A stretch of 64,000 nucleotides of DNA from positions 21,824,001 to 21,888,000 of the forward strand of contig OZ365116.1 of NCBI GenBank assembly GCA_977030845.1, in the 5' to 3' direction. Positions 13,921 through 26,949 of this stretch are shown in pieces. The notes beneath the pieces were generated by a model. That model worked only from the letters and a program-made list of their open reading frames with translations. It was not told where the DNA came from and searched no databases. The first letter of the stretch is position 1. Every line of letters begins with the position of its first letter. Both the position numbers and the translations under genes were made by a program. This stretch comes from Fimbriosthenelais zetlandica (lineage: Eukaryota).

Positions 13921-15599
13921 CTATTTCATCATAATTCCCTTTTTCTGATCATTTCTCCGGTTGACATTTGAAAGTCTATGCCAGCCCCCAGGGTATTTTA
14001 TGGAGGAAACTTTGGTAACTCTATAGCCACAAAATTGGTGGCAATCGTCTGGAAAATGCGATACTATAATGTGGTCAAAGATCCCCATAAACAGACGACA
14101 CCGTACATCGACAGAGCTGCCAGGAAGCTACCATTACGGACGGCTGCATTGCCTTTTTCGGATGTCACATCACATGGAGATACACAGCAGCAATGTTAAA
14201 CGGTTTGGTTCGCCCATATCGGCAAGGAGAGGCTCTCAGATATCTATAATGCCAATGACATGTTATTTTAAGATGCCTTATAAGCTTTCATCGGCAGTCT
14301 CAGTCAATATCTCATTTCATGGTATAACCTGAGCCGTCATCCAACAATGAAGAGACTTGAGTTAAGGTATCTAGTTCAGATTTCAGTCACGTGAATTCCT
14401 AGATATGCATTAGGAAAATAAGACATTACACTGTAGTAGTCATATATACAGGTTAATATTATGGATTGAATTATATGATTGAATTCCCATGTAACATACT
14501 GGACACCTGGAATTCTATATCCTTACATTGCTCAACCGTCCTTAAACTGACAATGGACGGACTAATCTTTTTTGATTGAATTCACGATTCATTATCCTTT
14601 TACCAAAAACGTGGCGCTGAGACTGCCAATGAAATGTTAATAAATATGACAAGTACAAATTAAACGCCATCAAAAAGGAAACTAATTGTGAAAGCATGTA
14701 ACAAATATGTGCAGAATGATTTGCCATTTGGGAAAGTGTATTCAGGCACAAAACACATTCCACGAATGGCTCCAAAAATATTGACAAACATATTTTCTCA
14801 GAAAAGCAAATTTAACAACTGTATCAGTACATTTTATCCCAATTCAATTATCTGAATCGTGAAGGAAAACGCCAGTACCCAATAACTTGCTCATATGCCT
14901 GAATGAAAAAAATAATGTTCTGCAATAGCCTCGTTATTGGAACGTGACATAATCAGCGACAATTTGCTGTTGTCAGCCTACACTGATGGCACCCACCACG
15001 TTGACATTTACAAAAAGTGAGTAGTCCAAAATGGCGGACAGGACCCGGCCCGGCATGCCCTTGACCAGTAACAATGAAAGAGATGACCAGTCATTGGACA
15101 CCTTATGGATGCAGCTCTTCTGAAAATATCACAGAGTAGTGAATTATGTGGTGAAGCCGGCCAAGCCATGACAAGATAATGAATGTAGCTTCCTGTCAGT
15201 AATGTGACCATGGCCGTCCTCTGACAGCTGGTCTGATGTGTATGGTTACAGCAACATGGCCATATATACCGAGTGTCACAGTGTACACTATTTCACACTT
15301 TATTGTAATAATTACGTGTTCATACGGTGTTTTCCTTCTGCTAATATCTGTCATTGCCTCTAAAGTTATGAGAGGAGGATTCAATGTAAATTAATTTCAA
15401 TCTTTTATCAAAGCCAGTTTTTTTACAAACAGATAGATTTTCTCTTTCAAAAGAGAGAAGACTTCAGTCTAAAATCATTTGAAATTCTTACAAAACTAAA
15501 CAGAGAATAAGAGAAATTGTCAAAGATTTTGCCTACGGTAGAGGCGAACGTGTTTTTCGTTTGTTTTTTTAGGTGGGGGAGATAATTTCAAAAGGAGTC

Positions 15600-16090
15600 A
15601 TAGTTTATCCAGACATTGTCTTGAGGTCCCTTGGTAATTCTTCACTCTATCCAGATGGTCTGGGCTGGCTTACGTGAAGGAGTTGCTAACGATAGCCATG
15701 ACCTTTAGTTGGCGACAAAAGGACTTTGCCTCTTTTATTACCATGGGATTATTCAGCTCCATGAAGGATAGATGAATAAAGCCATGATTGCGCCCCCACA
15801 CAATTTTCCCGCCAACACGATCCATAGTTGGGATTCTCATATACCTATACGTGAGACTGATCCATTCAAAAGAAGACAGATACCATTTTTCTTATCCACA
15901 AAACTTGCCTTGAAGATATTGGATAAGCACATGCCAAATACCAAGCATCTCCGGTTTCTCATTAAGCCCCGCTGGTCGATTAAATCCCCAGCCTACGGTG
16001 GTCAAATAACCTGAGATTTCATACTTAAATCCCCAACAAAAAGTGCATTTAAGAAGATGAATTTCTCTGTAATCTGAAATGCTTTTCCAG
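15600..16090 (-). mobile_element. Decayed L1/Tx1-like RT remnant
   Basis: SDYREIHLLKC (16045-16074, cf. NYRPISLLN), KKNGICLLL and GTSRQ (about 15620, cf. RGxRQG), in the expected order. Confidence 0.4.
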
Positions 16091-16659
16091 TTTGCAAACG
16101 CTACGTGTGTGGCAAGCCATGTGGGCAGAATCAACACAAATCGGGTCTGGCAATGCGGGGATTATTGATATTTTGTACCAAACGGATTAATATAAGTAAT
16201 GCCAATGGACTCGGTGCTCTAAGGAAAACTGTAAAGTTTTCCCACCACTCAATGCACATAGGTAATGTGAGGAATCGCCACATAGAGTTAGATTCATTCA
16301 CATTTTTCAACTTACACAAAATATATATGTCATATCGAGAAAATATACATCCTTATATAATTCCTTATGTATCGTAAATGCATTGTATTATGCATCATTT
16401 ATCGCACCATCCCTGCCCTACATACATTTAAAGACAATCCTTTATCCATTCCCCATGTCTTCTTCATAAATCACCTTAGAAATATATGATCTAATTATTT
16501 CCCTAGCACCTTAATCCTCCAGCTAATATTTCAGCCTTTCAGTAGGAGGTGAATAGGGAATTACATAACATGAATAATAGATATGCATGGAGTCCCACAA
16601 TTATATTGTTTCCCACTCTGATTCAATCTCAGTAATCACTCATTGAATTACTAGTCAAT

Positions 16660-17075
16660 GCTATAGGGAGTCAAGGAATCCCCGAGAACGAGTTACTCTA
16701 TCCTTGCTATGAGCTCTTTATCCGCTCCCTGCAGTCACACAATGCCTTTACCTTATAAAGCCAAACGAGGTTTATACAATGCGGCTCCGGTATAAATGAT
16801 ACTTGATATTGTGTCCCTGTGAGTCTAACATCCCTGTAGAAATTTTAGATTCGCAAATAAACATCCTTTAAAGGGAAAGGATTAAGGCTGTAGCTCTCCT
16901 TTGAACAAACCATTAGCTTTCACCGACAGGCTTAGTATCTCAACATCAGAATGTCTGAAATTAGTAAAAATCCAATGGATTTCTCATGCTCCATCTTGGT
17001 GCAAATGGATTAACAAGTTAGATTGACTTTGGACTTTATAGTTTCAAGGGCTTAAAGTATTTATGAATATGGGAC
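16660..17075 (+). mobile_element. Decayed non-LTR RT remnant
   Basis: GVKESP (about 16666-16683, cf. GVRQGDP) and KYL*I (17055-17069, cf. KYLGI). Confidence 0.3.
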
Positions 17076-20000
17076 TATATAGTGGCCATCTGGCTTCATA
17101 GGAGAAGCACGTTCTTCCTCACACAATGTTGGGAGAATTCCAGACTTGAAAGAGATGAAGGTCAAGAGATAAATATTTTGAGATCCAGGTTTGATTTTCT
17201 CATGACTCAATTAAAGCGCCAAGGCCAAGTTGACATAGATACTCTATAGTTAGGATGCTGTTGCATGGTAAAGTTCTCTTTGCACCTGCAGTCAAAACCT
17301 CCTGCTCAATAATTTTTACACCTTGGTCTGCAGCGTCTCTTTTCTACTGACCTATCGACCCTTGATTAGCAGTTCAAAGCAATATGATAATGAAACTAGG
17401 GAGCACTGCTTCAAGAAAGAGTCCGGGCAAGGAACTAGCAACAACAGGGCTCGGTACAAACTTCACCGGCAGGATATTAGAAACCGGAAACTATCCATCA
17501 ATCAGAAACCAATTCTTGTCAGAGAGTACAGGCTTCTGCATCTGTAAGTGTATTGTTGTGACAAGATGGCGGGGGGCAACACCCGCTTCTTTTGTAATCA
17601 ATGAAGAAAGGCGGACAGCGGTACTTTGACAAGAATGGAAGGTTGAGCATTGGGTGGCAGTCTTGTCTGGACTGCCATGGTCAGGGCAGTTCTTCATAAG
17701 AAACCTAAAACAAGGATTTTTCACAGATCTGCCGCTGTTTATGATCTCTGCCGTAATGATTTTTATAATTCTGACTTCATGTTCGTTTAAGTCTATTATA
17801 GATTTAAAACAATAAGGATTTCTGAATATCCAGTTAGACTTTTAGGTTATTAATATTTCATGAGGAATATGTAACCCGCCATCTTTCAACACTCATCAAG
17901 ATATAGTATGGGGATAAACGATTATAAATGTAGGGTCTTTTGGAACCATAAATTCCCTCTGTTATGTCAATGGACGCAAATAGCATGAGTGGGCGGAAGC
18001 ATTAATCATGCCTCTGATGCTACAATGACTACACATGCGTGGCCAGACTTATTTTCTTTCTCTTCTCAGACATTTCTGACGTCACAGACCAACGTTCACA
18101 AAGATATCTTGATGGGGGAGGGATTGTTATCAATAAAATTCTTCCCATATCTTAATTCCTTTTCTTGCCAATTACCTTCTTTATAAGGAAGCAATAATTG
18201 ACTCAATAGAAATAGGAATCTTTTGTAAGATTGATGTCAGAGAAAGAATATAGAGAGACGCAAAGTTTTGTTATTTTTCAATGGCTACATTAAGGTAATT
18301 AGGCGGGGGTCTGGATATGGGATGATTTAATCAGGGGAACAGATTTAATGAGGATAACAGATGTAAACCATTCTGCTCTGTGAAATAACATGAGGTGAAT
18401 GGCCGATTGATGACTATATAGTAACTGGATGCCTATCATATGCTCACAATACAAGGCTTTCATTGTACTCTGCTGTCAAGACACATTAATGTGAATCTGT
18501 CCAGTATTATAGGCAGCCCTCCTTATAGGTAAGGTACTTAGTAGCCAAGGGTTGTTAGTGAACGTAGGTGAGTGAAAACCAAGAGTCACCATTATAATAA
18601 ATGGTCCAATTAGCACTCCTGCCATTGGAGAGTTATTCACTTCCAATAATGACAGGGATTTCTTTACCCTTTGGCTTTGGTTTTAAATTGCCCTGTCAAG
18701 ACAGTCTATCGACCTCCAATTTCAGACCAGCCTTGGCTAAAATAAAATTCGGAGAAGTTCTTGGCACATTTTTGGCATAATACCTATGGCCTGTCTCTAA
18801 CCAAACCTGATTAAATTTCACGCCTATAGGCCCCAGCGAGGCTCCATCCAATTGGGACCACCCCCGCTTGCCAAATAAAAAGAGGGACCAATATCAGTGC
18901 CCTGCGGTACTCCCATTGCAGGAGCAAATTACCGTCCACACCCGGTGGTAATTTGGAGGTTTCCGCAATGTTTGACTAGTGCCAGAGCAACTGGCCAGCA
19001 AGATGAGGGCAGTAGCTTTACACCCCCTACTTGCCAGGGTCGATAGGCTCGCGAGACCACAGCAAAACAAGATGGCAGCTGAACAGCGAGAGATTGATCA
19101 CTGGTCAGCTATCAGGGCTGGACACCGAGGTCACAATTATAGGAGAACTTCAATCAATGACAGGGATGAATCGCTGGTAAAATAAATACAGATAGCAGGC
19201 AGATCTGGTGTTTACTCAACAAAAAAAGTCGACATATTCTCCGCAGTATTCAGATATGTTGTCCTGATGATCCCTCTTGTAGTTTATGTGTTTTATTATC
19301 AGCAATAGGCAATAATCCTTTGACAGTTCACAACTAACCTTGATGAAGTGGATTAAAAATATGCATTGCAAATGATGTATTAGTATGGGCCGCAGGCATA
19401 ACTATAATGACGGCGGTATATCTGTTTGATATGACTAATAGCCGTACATCCTGGATACCATACACTTGCCACTTGACAAACGCAGAGTATGGAACAGAAA
19501 AAAGACAGCTACAAAGTGCTCAGATACTCTTTTTCTGTCAGATAAGCAAAGCAGAGAATCGCCCACCCGTTAAGGAAACGTCAGTGACAGGCTGACAGAT
19601 GGAAAGGTGCTCTGGTAGATTCATAAGACATCACGGCAAAACAATGAGTGCCATAACATTTGATGGAACACATTGTCTCTGTTTCGGAGACAAATGGGTG
19701 GTGCCGGCGGAATGGCTTAGGAATATGGGACTGAAGTGGGTTAACGTGCAATTGTTTACGTCAAGGTGGGAAGGAGCAGGTGCATTTCTCTGTTCACTTT
19801 GATAGTATTGCTCTAGATGTTAAGCAGTCCGCCTTGTACTAGAGTGCATTTAGTAGGCCAACGCAACAAAAGGTGCAGTTTCAGTTTCATTTTAACTAGG
19901 GTTGGGCAGAATATGGGGAAGGTGGAATAATCATGTCGATGGAAAGCATGAGATGGACTTAGTAAATATGTCCCCTTTAAGATGGTTAAACTGCTTGCGT

Positions 20001-20499
20001 TAATGCACAGAAGGTACAGCCTTTTCATTCAACTTTTTAGCTGTTTCCCTTCTATCTCCATTACCAAGAATAATTCTGAATATTCCCTCAAGAGAAATGC
20101 ACATTTGTTTTAGATTAAAAAAATAATCTAAAAACAAGTATACTCCTGTCCTAAAACGATAATGCATTAAGTTAATTGGGTAGGCAGCAATATCTTTTTA
20201 GAGTTATTGAAATGTGTTGTTCTCGCATTTATTGCACTGCACTGGATATAAGTTGATCAAAGAGCTGGGAGGGCTTCCTGTGATATTGAAAAAGTCAGAA
20301 TGATTACAGGAAATACGCATACTGGGACACGCCCATACAAGATCTAAGAAAAGGAGAGAGGAACGAAGATGTATTCTTGGAAGAAAGGAGAAGAGAAGTC
20401 TATTAAATTTAACTACTGCATGTCTGCATCCAGAGAATGGAGGGCATCGATATAACTGTACGGATCATAATGGTTACAATTGATGAATATATGAAAGTT

Positions 20500-20700
20500 T
20501 TACTAGTTGTGGTTTAGCTTCCACTGGGACATATTACTCTTTTTATCCAATTTGTATCCAATAAATTTACAACCCGGAGCATGCACTTCCAAGTACGAAG
20601 ATGTCATTTGGTATGTATGCAGGAAGAGCAGCATGGTAGAGAAGATCCCGAGACAGGACTGCTTGATTCAATTCAGTAGATCTTCTTTATCTATTTCCCC
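20500..20700 (-). mobile_element. Non-LTR RT C-terminal motif remnant
   Basis: KFIGYKLDKKSN (cf. KYLGVILDKKL). Confidence 0.3.
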
Positions 20701-21334
20701 TTCATTTTACCATATTACGTTCTGCATCCGTCCAGCCTCCATCTATAGGCCTGCTAGCTGTATATAGGACACATAATTCAGGTATGTCTTACACCATTGA
20801 CATACATGTAGAGCGTCAGACAGCCGGACATCTGAGACATGCACCATGTGCTGCCAAAGTGTGCCATCCACTTAATATGCTTTTCTGTCTCTATTTCATC
20901 TTGCCTTTTCCCTCAATGAGAATATAATTAAATTAATCTGTAACATCTCCATACTTCTCTCAATATCTCAAAGCCTTCCCTCTTCACTATCTGAGTGGGA
21001 GGCCTCAGCATCCATTAACTCTAGCTCAGTAGCTGTTTTTACTTATATTCATCCTCTATCTTGTCGGTCTTATATCCAATAAAATGAGGAATAAATAATT
21101 TTCCGCCTGACAAGTCTAGTGGTAGGTACAAAACCACAAACATATTACATATTTATTTATAATGCATATATGCTATGAGCGAATATGACAGCTTCCTTGC
21201 ATACATCAATTATGGATCCAAAAGCCATGCAGATTCCAAATTACCCAGCGACCCACACCGCAGGCAGGTTATGACATTTCACCATGAGTGATGATGTGAT
21301 ACTTGAATATCATCTTTTGACCAGCCATGCAAAT

Positions 21335-21538
21335 TCAATGGGAATCACATCTAGCTGCAAATTGGATGCTTTTTGTCTGTGGGATCTTCATGGAAGTCAT
21401 TTTCACGGACTTGAATGTGACCCAGCGTGCAGCTTTGTGATGCCACAGTGGCAACTTTATTGAATAAATAGTGCACGGAAGTGATGAAATATTCATAGAC
21501 TCTATTGATTGCCCTACGTGTATGGTTTGCGTGGACAC
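21335..21538 (-). mobile_element. Non-LTR RT core motif remnant
   Basis: ORF contains SSLPCTIYSIKLP (cf. GPLLFLIYINDLP) followed by SIQFAARCD (cf. QFADD). Weak match. Confidence 0.25.
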
Positions 21539-22629
21539 CCTATCTCTATATGGGACAAGCTCATAACAGGAATATCACCAACACTGCATCAACTTTGCCA
21601 AGGGAGAAGTGCATCTTGCATATTAATATTTTGTAATTACAGTATGAATATTCATTGATTTTTGAGGCAGAATGTGTAGGTGTTCCATACTAAGAATACA
21701 AATACCGGCCTCAATTACATCAGTCTAGGTGTTCTACTCTCCTGATCACACAAGTGAAAAAATATGACATACAAATACTGGGAATAATCACCCATATACA
21801 TGTATGCTGGCTTTCATCAAAAGCATCTCGCTTTGTGGCAATAATTTTACATTTCAGAGCAAATGCACTTGTCAAATGGTGGTGTGTATGTCTCATGTAA
21901 TGGGCATCTCATGTTCCCCTCCATGGTGCCTTCACATATATGAATGCTAATAACACCCTTATCATGGGATATCATCAGTTTGGAGATCACCCATCCTCTA
22001 AATGCTTCCTGTATGCAATGGCAACAAAGCAGACATAATTTATATATAAGCATACTGTGATGCATGTGCGGAGCTAATGGGGAGTGGGGTCGAGCCACAA
22101 GCAGGGAAATATAGGCCTCGTCAGCATTAGCTCCATATATCACTGCTCCTCAGATGTATAGGCCCCCCATGTCTACCACTAATACTATCAAGAATCATTT
22201 TTAGTCAACTTCTAGCACTGAAAATACAAGATTTTTGAAAGGAAAATTTCCACCAAAGCATTCTCTATAGAAACACTGAAGAATGCGATATTTTCTCTTG
22301 ATATTGGTTGAAGGTATCGATCCATTGTCACTGGTTCCAGTGGCGGTCTATTTGCAGATCTGCCTTTACTCTGCTAATACTGGTACAAGAAAACCAGTAA
22401 ACAGTCACCCCGGGAACAGCCAGGCAGATTTGATCAAATGATGGTGAACGCCCTCAAACCTTAATGGACTGGCATTCACATCAGACACAAGTAAATAGAA
22501 AATGGCAGTAGTAGCCACATTTCTCACATCTCATGCCCTTCTTTTCTAGTGTTAATCTTTGGCCTCGCTGATATTATAATCTTAGGTCTAAGTACATATA
22601 ATAAATATACACTTGAGAAGTTGAGCCAT

Positions 22630-22920
22630 GTGAATGGGAGAAGGCTGGATGTAATTTGCGGGTACGTTCACCAATAACCCCAGCCAATCATGTCTAATTC
22701 AGCGAGGACCCAATACTCGGAGGAAATATCAACTGTCCTGATCCATCAGGCACACTCCATGCCTTCTCTGCATTTCATCAAACCCACCAACCTCTCCCTC
22801 CCTATGTGCTCTTATCTTGGCCTTATAGAAATATTCATAGCTGTGGATAATCACCTATACGTGACTTAATGCATTGACAATGTGTAAGCTTTCCACAGCT
22901 CTCTGGACAATGGAAACCCA
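22630..22920 (+). mobile_element. Decayed L1-like AP-endonuclease remnant
   Basis: ILGGNINCPDP at about 22713-22745 (cf. IIGGDFNCVLDP). Confidence 0.4.
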
Positions 22921-25639
22921 TTGCCCTCATATGTGCAGTGGCCTGTGTGATTTCCCTCTTTGCAGAGCGTTCCTTAAAGGAACCTGAGAAAGCCAAGTGT
23001 CAGTAGTGTTGTACGAGTGATCCTTCCCGGGACAAATTCTCATCCACTTTATGGGGGAGCCTGGATGCGGAGATCAAGGCCGATAGCTCAAATCCCTGGT
23101 GAGGATAACCAGAAGAAGGTCTCTCTTCTCGAATCATATCTCCCCCGACTGCGGTCTCCCTAAATTATTAAAGATAGAGGAGGAAGGGGGACGTTCCTCT
23201 GAAGGTCCCTGCTCAACCTAGATGCTATGTGAAAGACACCACTTCACAGCCCACCGGGGAATCACAGAGTGGCATGAAAAACTCATAGCCGTACTTCTCT
23301 CATTTCTGATGCCGGGTTATAAACCTTTAGCTAAAGAAGCGAGGGAAAACCCATTTAACCAAATCTCAATATATTAGAGATATATCAAAATAATTTCCAT
23401 GTCAGAATCTTCTAAATTCTTAAACAATTCTAACCAAATATCTCTTTAATAAAGGTTCATTATTTCATCAGTACTGTTTCCTTCACTTAAGAATCCACAG
23501 AATAATGTCTCTAGTATATCAACCTCTGCCTTATTATAGTTGGCCCATTGGTCAACCTTTACCTTCCAGATAGAGAAAATAAGAGGAGGGGATTATACCA
23601 AGTATAGTTGCTGACTCGGGGTGTCTTATCCACATCTGTAAGGGAATTCATTATGGTACTGAGGCCCGGGGCTGGGAGTTACATAGCTTTCACACAGCCA
23701 GCTTCCAGAGGGTTCCTTCCCGGGCTCCTTCCTCCACCGCCTGCTGACCAAATCACCATAATCACAATTCTGCAAGGCAAATCAGGCATTTAGGCCCAGA
23801 AGATGAGCTGCATGATGCTTTAAGATACAAACGATATCGCTTTAGCTCAACACAGTTATATAATAGGTATCTATCGACAGGCAAATCTGTATATAGGCCA
23901 TGCAGTTTGCAACGATTGCTGAAGTGCATTGAAGTGAACGTTCATTTGCATAATTGCATTGATTACATTTAAAGGCATTGCATTTTTCATAGGATGCAAT
24001 CAGGACAATGGCACACTGCAAATATATAATATAGGGGGTCCTGTAAAATGTATGGCCTACATGTCCGCATGGTTTCATGGATTCAGTTCTGTAAATTTTA
24101 CAGGGAGACTAGTCATGTAATTAACACTCAGGGAGAGTGGCTATAAAATGTATACATGAAACAATGTTTCAAGGGTTTATGACATGGGAACCCGTTTCTT
24201 TTCAAAGGATAAATGCTGCGGCACAAGATTCTGTCCAACACTTGATTCACAACTTGAAAAGTGATCCACTTCACCAATGTTTCCCCACACCAACAGGCCT
24301 CTCTCCCTCCCACTTCCTATTTTTTGTAGCTGGCTGAGAGGTGAGTGTTGCAGGACATCTCCTGTAGTCCCACAGACGTCCAGTCAACATTGACTCCACA
24401 GACAAACGTGTCTGAGGGGCGTCATCCTAAACACTGGACATTTTAGCTGAGACACAATCAATACTTCTCCAATAGCAGATCAATGTTACCTTCATCTTCG
24501 TTTCACACGACCCTTCCTCCGTCCATGCCATGAGGATGCCATCTATACAGCCAAAGCTCAGGCCCTGCACGCAGAACAAAGTATCTGGTGTTTTTTTTCT
24601 GATTAAAGCACTTCATGGGCTCTCTCAATTGGCACCCCTTGTCTCCTTGCCAAGTCTCCCAGTCAATTAAAGCGAAATCTGAGGTCAAGACTGAGTGCTC
24701 AACCAAGCTAACAAGCAGATATATGGCTACAAGGCCAATGTTAAGGGCTTAGTATTTACGTGTCTATTAGGGTAGAAGTAAAATGTCCACACCCTCTTGA
24801 AGCTGGCAGACTAAAGACTTTTCTTTAAGTATTTTACTTTCCCCCGTTGTCTCTGCATTATATAAAGTTACTGAAGGAACGGGCGGGTTTGTGTAGACTG
24901 TGATAGGTAATGAATTTCTGATTACATATCTTAATAAAAACTATGATTATCTCAGACAACTCTCCTGCTGCCTTCATAACCAATACTACTCCTGGACGAG
25001 CACGGGTAAATGGGAGATGAGTGTCTCCAGGTTCTTGATTGTGTAACCAATGCAGATATTCCAGCCTCTCAGAATAATAGCGGCTATATTAGAATAGTAA
25101 ATGGCAGGGGGTGGTTCAGATTTTCAGTCTGCTTCATTCAATTGAATATTTTGTTTGCATGTACACTATATTTAATAAAAATCTTTCTGTTTTGCAGGTG
25201 AGTTGAACTACATAGGCCTACTATAAGGGCAGGGGTGGTGAGTGAAGAATGACGCTTTTTAAACATTTTAAGTGCCTCCAATTCGTCTGACTAATATTCT
25301 CATTATACCACAGCCCGTCATAAATTCAGTTTAAAAAGATTCCTAGCACAGACATGAATCTGGAAGGAGAACGCTTTGGGAGTCATTGATGGCTACGGCC
25401 ATTTAAAGGCTGCAGTTAGGCACAAATTGATTGTGTTGATAAAAAAGACACACTGATTGAGATAAAGATCGGCATGAACATGACTAAATCACCTTGTTCT
25501 GGCCTTTTTCTGTCTGGCCATACTGACAACGAATGGAAACATTCCGCCGGATCACGATTGGAAATATCACCTGCGTACGGATCATAATCATTAAAGAAAA
25601 GCGAGCCATTGAGGTTTTAATTGCACTTAAAAGCCTCCA

Positions 25640-25800
25640 GTCGTGAGATTCTAGCAGATGATCAAAATGTCATCGTGGTCCTAGAACGAGGAGAAAGGGG
25701 GACTCTAGATGCTTCTTGACACCCCAGGTTCAATGGAGAATAGCTGCTGTTAAATGCTGATGGTATTTGTAGGGGATGAAATCACTAACTGGCAATCTCA
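25640..25800 (+). mobile_element. Decayed RTE-like RT remnant
   Basis: LADDQNVI (25651 onward, cf. FADDQVI) followed by VFVGDEITN (25763-25789, cf. FKYLGSEITN). Confidence 0.35.
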
Positions 25801-26523
25801 ATTTAGTGATCTGAGTCATGATGAACAGGATCCAAATGGTAAAAATACCAGATGGAAATCTTTCAATCAATCTCCATGTGTATGGATTTGAAGAAAATTC
25901 TTAACCAGTTTTAAGGGAAATTAGATTACTTAATTACCTTCGTCATGGCAACTTGAGGAATCCATAGATTCAAGTATATAATATTGTGTACAAATTGAAT
26001 AAATATCAGCATCAGAGAGAAATCCCATTGAACCAAGACCAAGAAGTAGCATGAGATGTTATTGCCTCTAGTGTATTGGCTATTACCAGATTAACTTCAG
26101 CCTTACCCGCCCTTCCTTCCATCCTTCCTTGTCAGCCAATTCGTCTGATAAGATGCACTCTACAACCCAATACATACCTAAGATGTCATGTTGTAGGAGT
26201 GGGTGATAGGCGGTGAATGGGGGATGGAGTGATAACCTTGTGGCACTACCACATCTCTTTCAGGCGGTCACATTGAATCACTTCTTGACCTCACAAAACC
26301 TTTTACCGCATCTACTCTATACAATTTCCTGCCCAGATAAGACTGCTCTAGCCGCGACATTCCTCGACATGTGTTCCCAAGCAATGTCGGTCTCACATGG
26401 CAAGTTATTAGAAAGCTTTCTTTTATGTATTTTTTACGTAATAGTATGATTTTGTATGTATAGGCAGCTATTGCCTGGGCATGGGAGATGGCATCTGCCA
26501 TGGCACTCTGGGACAACAATGCA

Positions 26524-26949
26524 TCAAATCAATGGATGACATGTGCCCCAAGTACGCCACATTTCTGCTGTATACGACCACTTAGACATGTACCTAAGTT
26601 GATAAGCAAAGGGGAAGTTGGAGGTTTTCCTGGGGGAGAGAGGCAGATGGTAATTTATCGGCAGGCCCGGGAGCGGTCCAAGCTGGGAAGAGCAATGAGT
26701 GCCCCGGTCCTCATTTACCTGGTAAACCTCTATATGAATATCAAACACAACAATGTTAAAAATTACACACTTCCTCTCACAAATAAACTTACACATAGTG
26801 GGTGTATTGATGTTAGGAATGATGTTAGGAACTATATTAAGGAGACACTGCAGTGTTATTTCTTGCATTGCTGGGCTTGTGATTGCTTTGTTGGGGCAGT
26901 TTTTGGAATGGTTCACTGTGTATCGTTGACCCTCGGGGCAGAGGGTCAT
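26524..26949 (-). mobile_element. Decayed Gypsy-like integrase core remnant
   Basis: ORF has PEGQRY, EDRGTHCSSQL (cf. SDRGTHFTSQL) and FAYQL (cf. TAYHPQ) in integrase order. Confidence 0.4.

Noticed and set aside
24450-24706. PIF/Harbinger transposase-like words (FNQKK, IDC)
   Set aside because: The motifs appear in the wrong order and are too degenerate.
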